A stretch of 64,000 nucleotides of DNA from Leptospiraceae bacterium (lineage in GTDB: Bacteria > Spirochaetota > Leptospiria > Leptospirales > Leptonemataceae), in the NCBI GenBank assembly GCA_040217195.1, contig JAVJNR010000002.1:512001-576000 (forward strand). Direction: 5' to 3'. Both the position numbers and the translations under genes were made by a program. How positions within the stretch are numbered: position 1 is the first letter of the stretch; the number at the start of each line of letters is the position of its first letter. The notes beneath the pieces are model-generated. The model saw nothing but the letters and a program-made list of their open reading frames with translations. It did no database searches and had not been told where the DNA came from. Shown here piece after piece: positions 36,736 to 46,628 of the stretch.

Positions 36736-39235
36736 TGGGACCATCCTTTCTCTTTTCTCCAAATGGTAACAGCAGGATGAGTCCGCTGAGAAAAAACAAT
36801 ACAGTTCCCAGCCAGATAAACTTGACCAGCGGATTGATCCAGATTTCCAGATTGGCCACAATTGTGCTCGGAAACAGTCTGCTATAGGCCTCCGGTGCTT
36901 TTCGCATATCGAAGAAGTACAACTCATACATTTGAGTCAGATCCGGGTTGCGACCTGTGGATGCATCGGATATGGCACCCAGCTGAATGTACAGATCTTC
37001 AGACCAGGTGGATTTAATATCGGGTTCGCTTGTAGGAGTTCGCAATGAGAAGCCATCCTGGCTACGAGAGATCTCTCCTGTAGGAGGGTAGATCCTGGGA
37101 TGGAAATGCCGTTCTGTAGTCATGCGTCCGTCAGGAATAAATCCGATTAAAAACTTTACGATTCTGTCTTGCGAAGAAGGTTTTCGATTCGCAGACTTGT
37201 AAGGATCCGTTCCATCCGCTGGTTTGGGCGGCTGGTAATTTGGCGGGTTGATCCTGTAGTGGGCTTCCTGGGAGATAGCCACATCCAGTGGATTGGTTCG
37301 ATCCCCATGTGGTGCGATAACCGGTCGAATAAAAATATCCCGGGCTTCAATGGTGTAGTTCTCCAGATAGGCGCGGTCGCCGCTGTAATAATGAATATAA
37401 TCCGAACCAGGCTCGGCCTGCATCTTATAGTAATGAAACTGAAATTTGTCGGTCTTTTTAAAGGATCCTCCAGCATAACCAATGAATAGAAAGACCACAG
37501 ATATATGCACAAGGTAGCCAGCGTATCGACGTTTGTTTCGCATTACCAATCGTACCAGTGCAAGCAACGGATTCTCTTCGAACCGAACCATCCTGGATCT
37601 AACACCGCGATAGTATTCCTGGAGAAGACCCACCGTTGTGAAGACTGCAATTCCGACGGTGAGTACTGTAAATAATTCGGCCACCCAGCCCGGACCCCAG
37701 GTGCTTCGATCCGCCCCTTCAGGACGAGTGAATAGCCAGCCATAGGAAAGTCCAAAGGCGATAGAGGAGAGGATACCCGCGATCAGAGGCACTCGAAGAG
37801 TTCTGGTGTAGATTGCATCCGCGCTCTTTCTCCAGGCAAGTAGCGGACTGGCGCCCATTAAGAACAGAGTCAGAATTCCAACAGGAACCATGATTTTATT
37901 AAATGTGGATAGCTTCCATTCCACTTTGGCACAGCTCAGCCCGCCATCCCATCGACAATCCAGAGGCATCAGAGGAGAGAAAACACCGATTAGAATGATG
38001 AACACTGAAAAGGTCATCAGGAAGTTGTTTAGCAGCATACTTCCTTCTTTTGAGGTAACAGCCTCCAGACGATTCTCTGGTTTTAGCTTTCGATGCTGGA
38101 AGTAGAGAAATCGAGTGAAGTAGAAAAAACTGATCGAAATAAATACGATCATGGGTGTGCCAATGGTGGACTCTGCAAATGTATGCGGCCCCTCCAGAAC
38201 GCCACTTCTGGTAATCCATGTTCCCAGAAGACAAAAATGATAGGTGGTTATAATAAGAAATACATTCCAGAATCGCAGCATGCGCCGTCTTTCTTGAACG
38301 ATCAATGAATGCAAAAAGGCCGTTGCAAACAGAAAGGGCATCAGACTGGAGTTTTCCACTGGATCCCAGGCCCAGTAACCTCCCCATCCAAGTTCTTCGT
38401 AGGCCCATTTACTTCCGAGGAGAATTCCAAAACCCAGAAAAAACCAGCTAAAAAGGGCCCACCGTCTCAGTAGAGGTAGCCAGTCTTCACGCAGGTTTCC
38501 GCTCAATAGAGCAGCGCCGGTAATTGCGAACGGTATGGCAAAGGAAACATATCCAACATAAAGGATGGGCGGATGAATGATCATAGCCCAGTGCAGCAGC
38601 AGAGGGTTAATCCCCTGTCCGGCAGCCATTTCTACTGCGAATGTGCGAAATGGCTGAGCGTCTCGAAAGAAAATAGCAAGTAAGATGAACAAAAGTTGAA
38701 CAGAAGCCAGGATCCAGTAAAGTGCAGGAAGCCTGTTGTACAGTCGACGTCGGGTTTTGTACACAGCAATGGCGCTGAATAAGCAAAGCAGAAAGTACCA
38801 GAATAGCAGGCTTCCGCTGGAGCCGGCCCAGACCCCGGTAATCCGATAAAAGACGCCCAGGCTAACCGATGAGTTATGCACTACGTACCGATTGGTCAGG
38901 TCACCTGTAATAAGTAGAACGATTAGAATGAATAGTGCAAGACTGACCAGCGCCAGGTTGGCATAGATCCCTCTTGCAGCCAGGTTCAAAGCCATGGCCC
39001 GGCTACGAATTCCAGTATAGCGCAAGATGGCAGAAGAGATGCCTTCCCAGATGGAAAGTAGACTTCTGTAGAAATTGGAGTATACTTTGCGCGGAAACGT
39101 TAGTTCCAGCACCATGGAGCGCACTGCATTTCTGCGACTTCTAAGGGGAAAACCAGCCAGAGATAGCAGGAATACCAGACCTACGGTGGCAGCAGAGAGG
39201 ATTAGGATTAGGGATCCAATGTAATTTAAGTCCAC
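36728..39235 (-). CDS. ccmF: Heme lyase CcmF
   Basis: IHPPILYVGY, WAYEELGWGGYWAWDPVEN, TRSG, INPLVKFIWLG. Confidence 0.95.
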   Translation of the reverse strand: MDLNYIGSLILILSAATVGLVFLLSLAGFPLRSRRNAVRSMVLELTFPRKVYSNFYRSLLSIWEGISSAILRYTGIRSRAMALNLAARGIYANLALVSLALFILIVLLITGDLTNRYVVHNSSVSLGVFYRITGVWAGSSGSLLFWYFLLCLFSAIAVYKTRRRLYNRLPALYWILASVQLLFILLAIFFRDAQPFRTFAVEMAAGQGINPLLLHWAMIIHPPILYVGYVSFAIPFAITGAALLSGNLREDWLPLLRRWALFSWFFLGFGILLGSKWAYEELGWGGYWAWDPVENSSLMPFLFATAFLHSLIVQERRRMLRFWNVFLIITTYHFCLLGTWITRSGVLEGPHTFAESTIGTPMIVFISISFFYFTRFLYFQHRKLKPENRLEAVTSKEGSMLLNNFLMTFSVFIILIGVFSPLMPLDCRWDGGLSCAKVEWKLSTFNKIMVPVGILTLFLMGASPLLAWRKSADAIYTRTLRVPLIAGILSSIAFGLSYGWLFTRPEGADRSTWGPGWVAELFTVLTVGIAVFTTVGLLQEYYRGVRSRMVRFEENPLLALVRLVMRNKRRYAGYLVHISVVFLFIGYAGGSFKKTDKFQFHYYKMQAEPGSDYIHYYSGDRAYLENYTIEARDIFIRPVIAPHGDRTNPLDVAISQEAHYRINPPNYQPPKPADGTDPYKSANRKPSSQDRIVKFLIGFIPDGRMTTERHFHPRIYPPTGEISRSQDGFSLRTPTSEPDIKSTWSEDLYIQLGAISDASTGRNPDLTQMYELYFFDMRKAPEAYSRLFPSTIVANLEIWINPLVKFIWLGTVLFFLSGLILLLPFGEKRKDGPNE

Positions 39236-39237
39236 AG

Positions 39238-39687
39238 TTAACCGTCTTTTTCCGCTGCCTGCAGCGCATCCAGATGCTCCGATGTACCATAGCCGGGTTG
39301 TCCTGCATGGGGAGCATCGTACTTACTGGCACATTTGGCCTCAACCTTGTGCGCCATCAGTCTGCCATTCTCAAGATGACCATCTACGCGAACCGGGGCC
39401 GCATCTCCGAAAGTGTCTGGCAATTGGCTGGTTCCATCGTATACCACCGGCAGATCCTTGCCGTCCAGCTCCACCACAAACTCCGCCTGATCTCCCATTC
39501 GAAGTATGGTTCCTGGTTTCACGAAGCCCCGGACCCGCAATTCGCGATCAAAGAAGTCCTGAGGTCTTTCCACAACATCTGAAGCATTGGCCAGAAGAAC
39601 GGAGGTTCCACCGGTGCCCGACAGAAAATAAAGGCCCGTGAGGGCCGCCAGGATCAGAGCCATAATGGCCAATAATCGACGATTCAC
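39238..39687 (-). CDS. ccmE: Heme chaperone CcmE, CxxxY variant
   Basis: LRVRGFV.PG, LPDTF, AKCASKY. Confidence 0.9.
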   Translation of the reverse strand: MNRRLLAIMALILAALTGLYFLSGTGGTSVLLANASDVVERPQDFFDRELRVRGFVKPGTILRMGDQAEFVVELDGKDLPVVYDGTSQLPDTFGDAAPVRVDGHLENGRLMAHKVEAKCASKYDAPHAGQPGYGTSEHLDALQAAEKDG

Positions 39688-39931
39688 GCGTACAAGAAAA
39701 TTGATCCGTGTCGGACTGGCAATCGGATTATGGCAAATGCTACTCAGGATGCCTGTTCCCTTTGCAGAATGCAGTCATCTTGATAGGTTTACTGGGATCA
39801 TAGCGGGGCCCGGGCCAGCCTATGGATGACGATGCCCCGAAGTCGGGTTTTCTTCTGGATTTTCCCATCTTTTTCCTATGGTAGAAGAAATTCCTGATTG
39901 AATTACAGGATTACCCCGTTAAAAGTGCCGC

Positions 39932-40660
39932 ATGGCCACCAAGAAAAGCAGCAAAAAAGCAGCCAAGAAGACTGCGAAGAAGTCCGCAAAGAAAGCGGCA
40001 AAAAAGACAGCTAAGAAAACAGCTAAGAAAACAGCTAAAAAGAGTGCGAAGAAGAGCTCGAAAAAACGAGCCAGCACAGCCCGTTCTAAAAGCACCGATA
40101 CTCTGGCCGGCTCTGTATTCGAAGACCGATTTCCTGCTGAACCATTCGCTTCACAGGACACAGGTTCGGATGTATCCGCTTACGATTCCCCTTCACCTTT
40201 CTCAGTTGAAGAGAAAGAGTCCAGCTCCCGCACAGGACTGGGCATTGCTGCTGTGATTCTAATTCTGATCGTTGGTATATTCCTGTTCAAAGATAGTTTC
40301 TTTGGCGATGGGGAGAACACTGGTGCAGATCAGCGTCCATCTGAGATGGTTGCTGACGGGCAACAGCCCGGTGACCAGGCCCCTGCCGATGAGCCAGCTG
40401 ATAACCAAGAGAATCAGGCTGACAATCAGCAAGCAGAGCAGCAAGGAACTGAAGAAAGTGCAAATCAGCAGGAACAACCTGCGGACAATCAGGCTTCAGA
40501 AACCAGAGAATATTCGATTAAGCCAGGGGATACCTACGGTAAAATCGCTGCAAAAGAACTGGGTGATCAAGCTCGCTGGAAAGAGATCAAGAAATTGAAT
40601 CCAGATGTGAATGCATCTGCTCTGAAAGTGGGTCAAAAGATCAAATTACCTGCGAAGTAA
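39932..40660 (+). CDS. Histone-H1-like Lys/Ala repeat, single TM, Gln-rich linker, LysM domain protein
   Basis: About ten KKxA/S units; GLGIAAVILILIVGIFLF; YSIKPGDTYGKIA...LKVGQKIKLP. Confidence 0.88.
   Translation: MATKKSSKKAAKKTAKKSAKKAAKKTAKKTAKKTAKKSAKKSSKKRASTARSKSTDTLAGSVFEDRFPAEPFASQDTGSDVSAYDSPSPFSVEEKESSSRTGLGIAAVILILIVGIFLFKDSFFGDGENTGADQRPSEMVADGQQPGDQAPADEPADNQENQADNQQAEQQGTEESANQQEQPADNQASETREYSIKPGDTYGKIAAKELGDQARWKEIKKLNPDVNASALKVGQKIKLPAK
39941..40066 (+). repeat. Coding 12-bp-period repeat encoding KK(T/A/S)(A/S)
   Basis: For example ACAGCTAAGAAA tandem units near 40007-40040. Confidence 0.8.
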
Positions 40661-40694
40661 TCTGGCGTAATTCGCGAGCATTACTTATTCAGCG

Positions 40695-40726
40695 AAGGCC
40701 GGCAGCAATGTCGGCCTTTTCTTTTT
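40695..40726 (+). terminator. Rho-independent terminator after the LysM gene
   Basis: AAGGCCGGCA-GCAA-TGTCGGCCTT followed by TTCTTTTT. Confidence 0.85.
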
Positions 40727-40935
40727 GTCTCTCTCATAGGCCAGCCCTGAGCAATATTTCATATCTGCAATCCAGGGTAAGATGGGTGGCCTTCATGACT
40801 TTTGGACGGCTGGTAATCGTTCTGTCCTGTTTCCCCGGGAAAGTAGCTGGTTTAACGTTGGCTCGGATATGTCCCAATACCTCGAGGTTGCTTGAAAGGG
40901 GCCCGGGCTGCCCGGACCATCGATTCGGTAAAATT

Positions 40936-41778
40936 TTACACTCGGGCCCGGGCTCGATCTATATGCCTTTCCAGTTCATCAATTCCTTCCAGAAAAAGAG
41001 CCGGACCGGGCTGCAAAATAATGCTGGAGTCTATCTCGAATAACAGGTCTTTCTCTAACGCCACAGTTTCTTTCCAGCCGTCTTGATGACGAATCCAGTG
41101 AAAGTCCACGGGCTTACCACACCAGGAGCCAATGATGGTATCCGGTCGGCTTTCTGCCACTCTCTCCACACTGGTAATTCGCTGAGCTGCTTTATGGGAA
41201 TCAGGATGCTGCATATCTTCGGCCAGGCAATTGAGACCACCGCAGATTTCCACAAGCTCAGACACCCATTGGATTCCATGAATAAGCGGATCATCCCATT
41301 CCTGAAAAAAAACACGTACCTTTTGCTTTTCCTTATTCCTTTCGTATACAGCTTCCAGTTTATCCCTCCATTGCTGAAGGAAGGCTAACGTTTCATTGGT
41401 TCTACCAACCAGGGTTCCAATTTGAAGCATGGTTTCAAAAATATCTGCCAGGCTTCTTTGATTTGTTATCCAGACAGGAAGCCCTTCTTTGATGAGACCT
41501 GATGCCAAATCTGCCTGTATGTCTGAGAAGCCCAGGACCATGTCTGGTTTCAGATCCTTGATTTTCTTAACGTCTCCTTTTATGAAGCTGGTGACCATGG
41601 GCTTTTCTTTTCGAGCTCTTTCCGGTCGAACTACATAAACAGAAATACCGGAGATTCGGTGCTGCTCACCGAGCATATATAGAAGTTCCACGGACTCTTC
41701 AGTGAGGCATACAATTCGATTCGGAAGCCCTGGTAGATCGGGGATGATGCCAGAACTGGCCTCGGTACTTTGTTGCAT
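40936..41778 (-). CDS. BtuF-like cobalamin/Fe-complex binding protein without signal peptide
   Basis: RIVCLTEESVELLY, LKPDMVLGFSDIQAD, EWDDP, IILQPGPA; start uncertain. Confidence 0.8.
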   Translation of the reverse strand: MQQSTEASSGIIPDLPGLPNRIVCLTEESVELLYMLGEQHRISGISVYVVRPERARKEKPMVTSFIKGDVKKIKDLKPDMVLGFSDIQADLASGLIKEGLPVWITNQRSLADIFETMLQIGTLVGRTNETLAFLQQWRDKLEAVYERNKEKQKVRVFFQEWDDPLIHGIQWVSELVEICGGLNCLAEDMQHPDSHKAAQRITSVERVAESRPDTIIGSWCGKPVDFHWIRHQDGWKETVALEKDLLFEIDSSIILQPGPALFLEGIDELERHIDRARARV

Positions 41779-41881
41779 TTGATGTGGCTCCCCGAAGCTT
41801 TTTGCAGGGCTACTACGGCCAGATATGAACGTAGGGCCCTGATAGTTCAAGCTTCCAAATTTCTTACTGGATCTCAGATTC

Positions 41882-43852
41882 TCAGGTCTTGTCCTGGCTA
41901 TGGAATCGTTTTTTGTCTTCTACTAATTTCTGAACTACAGATGGATCTGCAAGTGTTGAGGTATCCCCCAGGTTATCATACACTCCTTCTGCAATCTTAC
42001 GCAGTAGTCGGCGCATTATCTTTCCCGATCGAGTTTTTGGCAAGGAAGGGGCCCAGTGGATGACATCTGGTCTTGCGATCTTTCCAATCTTCTGCGCCAC
42101 AATGTCGGTGAGTTCTTTTTTTAGCTCATCGTTTGTGGTGAATCCATTCTTAACGGTAACATAGGCATAGATTCCCTGGCCTTTTATATCGTGTGGAAAG
42201 GCCACCACAGCCGATTCTGCCACAGCTTTGTGCTCCACAAGGGCGCTTTCGATTTCTGCGGATCCCAGTCTGTGTCCGGAAACGTTTAGTACATCGTCTA
42301 CCCGACCGGTGACCCAGAAGTAGCCATCCTCATCCCGGGTGGCACCATCGCCGGTGAAATAGTACCCTTTAAATTGAGAGAAGTATGTGTTGTAGAATCG
42401 TTCCGGATCGCCATAGACGGTGCGCATCAAGGAAGGCCACGGGAACTTGATACAAAGGTTTCCAGAGGCCGCTCCTTCCAATTCCTTTCCATCGGCATCC
42501 AGAATCACTGGTTGCACTCCAAAGAATGGTTTGGTGGCGGATCCCGGCTTGGTGCTTGTGGCACCGGGAAGGGGAGTAATCATGATTCCGCCGGTTTCAG
42601 TCTGCCACCAGGTGTCCACAATGGGACAATTCTCCTTCCCAATGTTTTTATGATACCATTGCCAGGCTTCTGGATTGATTGGCTCTCCTACCGTGCCCAG
42701 CAATCGCAAGGATTTCAATGAGTGCTTTTCCACCAGTTCTGTCCCTTCCCGCATCAGAGCGCGAATGGCAGTGGGGGCGGTATAGAATACATTGATTTGA
42801 TACTTATCCACGATCTCCCAGAAGCGGCCCGCATCCGGGTAGGAGGGCACTCCTTCAAACATTACGCTGGTAGCACCATTGGACAGCGGACCATAGAGGA
42901 TGTAGCTGTGACCAGTAATCCAGCCTATGTCAGCTGTGCACCAGTAGGTATCGTCTTCCTTATGATCGAATACATGATGATGGGTGAGACTGGCTCCGAG
43001 CAGGTAGCCTGCAGTGGTATGCAATACTCCTTTGGGCTTGCCCGTGGATCCGGATGTATATAGAATGAAAAGTGGATCTTCCGCATCCATTTCTTCTGCT
43101 TCGCAGGTATCGCTCAAGTCCGGGTCTCGGAGCATATCCTCCAATCTGTGATCCCTTCCTTCTTTATAGGAAGCATTGGAATCCCGGCCCACTCGTTCGG
43201 CCACCACTACATTGTTGACTGCGAAAGTAGATGTCTTCAGCGCCTCATCCACGTTCTTTTTCATGTCTATAATCTTACCGCCGCGGAAACCTGCATCCGA
43301 GGTAACAATCGCAGAAGGTTGACAGTCTTCGATTCGACCGATCAGAGCGGCCGGCGAAAAACCTCCGAAGACAACTGAATGTACTGCACCTATGCGAGCG
43401 CATGCCAGAGAAAAGAATGCAAGCTCTGGAATCATGGGCAGGTAAATCAAAACTCGATCTCCCTTTTTAACGCCCAGTTTCTTGAGCACATTTGCATGCC
43501 TGCTAACTTCGCGGTGCAGCTGCTGATATGTATATGTGCGAGATTCTCCTGGATGATCCCCTTCCCATATTATCGCAGCTTTGTTCTTGCGTGCACCTAT
43601 GAGATGTCTGTCCAGACAATTGTAGGCAACATTGAGTTTACCGCCCTGAAACCATTGAACCTTTGCTTCTGCAAATTGATTGTCCAGTACCTTATCCCAT
43701 TTCTTAAACCAGGTGAGCCGCTCCGCTTGCTCCGCCCAGAATCCTTCTGGATCTTCGATGGATTGTTTATATAGTTTCTCGTATGTGGCTGCATCAATAT
43801 TTGCCTGTTCTGAAAATTGGCTGGCTGGTGGATAACTTTGCTCGTTGAACAT
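41882..43852 (-). CDS. acs: Acetyl-CoA synthetase
   Basis: [35 protein letters not shown] 43852 with AAAGGA RBS. Confidence 0.97.
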   Translation of the reverse strand: MFNEQSYPPASQFSEQANIDAATYEKLYKQSIEDPEGFWAEQAERLTWFKKWDKVLDNQFAEAKVQWFQGGKLNVAYNCLDRHLIGARKNKAAIIWEGDHPGESRTYTYQQLHREVSRHANVLKKLGVKKGDRVLIYLPMIPELAFFSLACARIGAVHSVVFGGFSPAALIGRIEDCQPSAIVTSDAGFRGGKIIDMKKNVDEALKTSTFAVNNVVVAERVGRDSNASYKEGRDHRLEDMLRDPDLSDTCEAEEMDAEDPLFILYTSGSTGKPKGVLHTTAGYLLGASLTHHHVFDHKEDDTYWCTADIGWITGHSYILYGPLSNGATSVMFEGVPSYPDAGRFWEIVDKYQINVFYTAPTAIRALMREGTELVEKHSLKSLRLLGTVGEPINPEAWQWYHKNIGKENCPIVDTWWQTETGGIMITPLPGATSTKPGSATKPFFGVQPVILDADGKELEGAASGNLCIKFPWPSLMRTVYGDPERFYNTYFSQFKGYYFTGDGATRDEDGYFWVTGRVDDVLNVSGHRLGSAEIESALVEHKAVAESAVVAFPHDIKGQGIYAYVTVKNGFTTNDELKKELTDIVAQKIGKIARPDVIHWAPSLPKTRSGKIMRRLLRKIAEGVYDNLGDTSTLADPSVVQKLVEDKKRFHSQDKT

Positions 43853-43907
43853 GAACCTTATTCCTTTCTCTGGCTTTCGCAGCCCAATCGGCCGCTGACT
43901 GAAACCA

Positions 43908-43936
43908 GAAATAAACGGCAAGGCAGGAGGTGTCAA
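43908..43936 (-). promoter_or_regulatory. Possible sigma70 promoter of acs
   Basis: TTGACA-N17-TATTTC on the minus strand. Confidence 0.35.
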
Positions 43937-44087
43937 TAATTCTGCCTGTTCTACATCTCCGGGGGGCAACGGAATACCTGCCAGGCAATGAGAGAGGACC
44001 TGGCGATGCTCCTCTCCCAAACCTGTTATTCTAGCATAGGTAATCTCTTTGCCGCAAATCCTGTTTTTTGCTTGCATCGTAGTTTGA

Positions 44088-44720
44088 GTGAAATCTATTC
44101 GCGAGGTGCAAATTCGGGCAGCTCTTATTCTATCAGTCTTCCTGGGTTTATCTGGATGCAAACCCGAGTTCAGTCGTCCGGTCACGCCAGACACCTGTTC
44201 TCAGATCAAAGACCATCTTCTGAAGGCTCCGTTGCCGGCCTATAGCAGGACACCGTTCCAGCTTACGGACAAGGATGAGAAACAGGGGCTTTGCGAACTT
44301 CGCTTTATGGGCCCATCCGCCAGCTTTGGCGAATTAGACCGATCCAAATACGAAGGACCTACTCTTATTACTGTAAAGGTATTTGAACCGGGTTTCTCGC
44401 TGGAAGATGCTTACGACCAATACCGCGGATGGGCCGGGGACAGAAAACGAGGCTGGTACAAGGAAGCCGAGTCCAAATATGGACCAGTGAATGTCCTGTA
44501 CAATCCAATGTCTGGTACTGCCTGCAATGTTATTATCTATGGAAACGATTTCGCAATCCTTCAGTTGACCTATTGGTCTGCAAAAGCCTTCACAAAAGAA
44601 CAATTCGATGCCGGCGCACCCTTGAGCGTCTGTGGGCCTGAATATATCCCACCGGAGTTGGAACGTATTGCTGAAAGGATCACGGAAAAGCTGCAACTCC
44701 TTCCTGATTCTGATTCCTGA
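44088..44720 (+). CDS. Hypothetical lipoprotein
   Basis: Lipobox LSG-C; four further Cys. Confidence 0.75.
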   Translation: MKSIREVQIRAALILSVFLGLSGCKPEFSRPVTPDTCSQIKDHLLKAPLPAYSRTPFQLTDKDEKQGLCELRFMGPSASFGELDRSKYEGPTLITVKVFEPGFSLEDAYDQYRGWAGDRKRGWYKEAESKYGPVNVLYNPMSGTACNVIIYGNDFAILQLTYWSAKAFTKEQFDAGAPLSVCGPEYIPPELERIAERITEKLQLLPDSDS

Positions 44721-44735
44721 GAGTCAGGGAGAAGC

Positions 44736-44975
44736 CTAGGGCTCCAGCCTGGCCCAATCTGGAATATAGAACTCCGGTTCTTCCAGGAGTTTTTCGAAAG
44801 CTACTACGCTATGGGGCCATCGTTGCTGCTCAGAGAATTTATTCCAGCTTTTGATTGGAGGATCGATTGAATAGGACACATCCACTGTATGGTCCGCGGA
44901 AAGAGTCTGCACGAACTGCTGAAAATCATCTCTGTTTACCTGGCGAAAACCCCGGGCCTGCTCGAAAAACTGCAC
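44736..44975 (-). CDS. Small hypothetical protein
   Basis: 79-aa ORF filling the gap, co-oriented with the upstream operon. Confidence 0.45.
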   Translation of the reverse strand: MQFFEQARGFRQVNRDDFQQFVQTLSADHTVDVSYSIDPPIKSWNKFSEQQRWPHSVVAFEKLLEEPEFYIPDWARLEP

Positions 44976-45032
44976 CAGAGGACTGGTGCAGCTGATTGTA
45001 AGACAGTCAAGAAATAGTTTTCGTTCCCGATA

Positions 45033-45440
45033 TCAATTCAAATGAGGGGGCATTTCCAATTCCAGGAATTTGCGAAATTCAGCAGGAATGGGTTCGCTCC
45101 GGTCCTCGTAATAATTATAGAAAACCTGCACTGTGGTAGCTTCCACATAGGTTTCACCGTTTTCGGTGCCTTCTATTCGAGCGGAGAAATCCCATGAGGA
45201 TTTGCCAATGCGGGAAACATACGTACAGACTCTGGCCGGTGTATTGGGTCGCAGTGACTTTCTCAGATCCATTTCGATGCGAACCAGTACAAATGGAATG
45301 TCTTCCAGGTTCTTAATGGAAAGGTATTTGTTGCAGAAATCGAGTCTACCCAGCTCCAGATAGCTGGAGTATGTAGAATTGTTCACTCTTCGCATGGGAT
45401 CCATATCATTGAAGCGAATCTGAAGAGGGGTGATGATCAC
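45033..45440 (-). CDS. Acyl-CoA thioesterase, 4HBT/YbgC hotdog fold
   Basis: RFNDMDPMRRVNNSTYSSYLELGR. Confidence 0.9.
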   Translation of the reverse strand: MIITPLQIRFNDMDPMRRVNNSTYSSYLELGRLDFCNKYLSIKNLEDIPFVLVRIEMDLRKSLRPNTPARVCTYVSRIGKSSWDFSARIEGTENGETYVEATTVQVFYNYYEDRSEPIPAEFRKFLELEMPPHLN

Positions 45441-45460
45441 TATTTAGTCTCTAGTAAGCG

Positions 45461-46273
45461 CTACCGGTCACAGGTTGCCGGAGCTACATTGAATACCGGA
45501 TTTTCCAGGTAAGATATATAGTCTCTGCGAAGCTTGTTCATGGCTCCACGTTCGCCATAGGTAACATGAAACAAAGGGTCTGCTCTGGGATTCTTCTGGA
45601 GCCCCCGCATGATTGGAGTGAGGTCCCCACGAGTCCACAGAAAGTAAACAAATACTCCGCTCAGCACCGTCTTACGCGCGGTGTCCTCCATGTCCAGAAA
45701 GTCGATACTGGTAGGAAGCTCCATAGTTTCTAGAACCAGGGAATCGGGATTCCTCTCCACCCAGAGGCGAAACTCAGGAAGCATGGACTGACTGGAGCAG
45801 GGATTCCTTTCTGTATTGTAGTTCTGTAGAAATCGAGCCAATCCCTCCTGAAACCAGAATGGAGCTTCACTGCTCATTTCATCTAGATAAAGATGGGACA
45901 TCTCATGGCGCCACACTTCGTCCGGAGCGTCCACAGCAACATGAATGGCTTTCCGGCTTCGATCATAATGCGCCAGAGCATTCCTGGGTAAATGATTGCT
46001 GGCCTCTTTGTAACTCGCCTGGTCTGGATACACCACAATCAGCGGTTTAAAGTCTTTCAGGGCCGGAAAGAAACGTTCCTGGAGAACCTGCACCATGTTC
46101 CATTTCCATTGAATGGCAGTCTTAACTTTGTTCGGATCCATTCCTTCCTGGATTTGAACATAGCAGCAGTCCATCTCCAACCTGTCCCATCCCTGGAAAA
46201 GTCGCAGATCGTAGCCTCTACAACCGGCAGTTACCAGAAGCAGAACAATGACAGACTGGATAGAAAATCTCAA
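45461..46273 (-). CDS. Lipoprotein with gluzincin-like metallopeptidase motif
   Basis: Lipobox TAG-C; HEMSH...PFWFQEGLA. Confidence 0.75.
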   Translation of the reverse strand: MRFSIQSVIVLLLVTAGCRGYDLRLFQGWDRLEMDCCYVQIQEGMDPNKVKTAIQWKWNMVQVLQERFFPALKDFKPLIVVYPDQASYKEASNHLPRNALAHYDRSRKAIHVAVDAPDEVWRHEMSHLYLDEMSSEAPFWFQEGLARFLQNYNTERNPCSSQSMLPEFRLWVERNPDSLVLETMELPTSIDFLDMEDTARKTVLSGVFVYFLWTRGDLTPIMRGLQKNPRADPLFHVTYGERGAMNKLRRDYISYLENPVFNVAPATCDR

Positions 46274-46285
46274 ACGAGGGGCTCT

Positions 46286-46612
46286 CTACTGAATTCTTGT
46301 TTCGATGTCGGCAATACGATGGATATCCACAAGTTCCAGGATGGTGGCAATCTTGCGGTCCACGTTTTGAAGCTTTAGCTTAAATCCTTCCGGATTCTTT
46401 TCGCTGAATTTGCGATGGATATTTATTATTTCGGTGATACCCAGGGAATTAATGTATTCAATCTCAGCCATATCAATGGTGAGGCTTTCCACCGGTTCAG
46501 CACCGAACCTGGCAGAATCCAGCTCTTTCAATATCAGATTGTCTCCATCCACCCGCGGATGGAAGAGTCGGATAAGAAGGTTATTGCCCTGTTTTTCTAT
46601 CTTCAGATCCAT
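46286..46612 (-). CDS. STAS-domain anti-sigma factor antagonist
   Basis: IDMAEIEYINSLGI with the conserved Ser. Confidence 0.85.
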   Translation of the reverse strand: MDLKIEKQGNNLLIRLFHPRVDGDNLILKELDSARFGAEPVESLTIDMAEIEYINSLGITEIINIHRKFSEKNPEGFKLKLQNVDRKIATILELVDIHRIADIETRIQ

Positions 46613-46628
46613 GGATTGAGAACTCTTA

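Noticed and set aside
41779..41881. Cobalamin riboswitch upstream of the BtuF-like gene
   Set aside because: Gap is only about 100 bp and no B12-box was recognised
43853..44194. 114-aa N-terminal extension of acs in the ORF track
   Set aside because: Overlaps the divergent gene; ATG 43852 has an RBS and gives a normal 656-aa Acs
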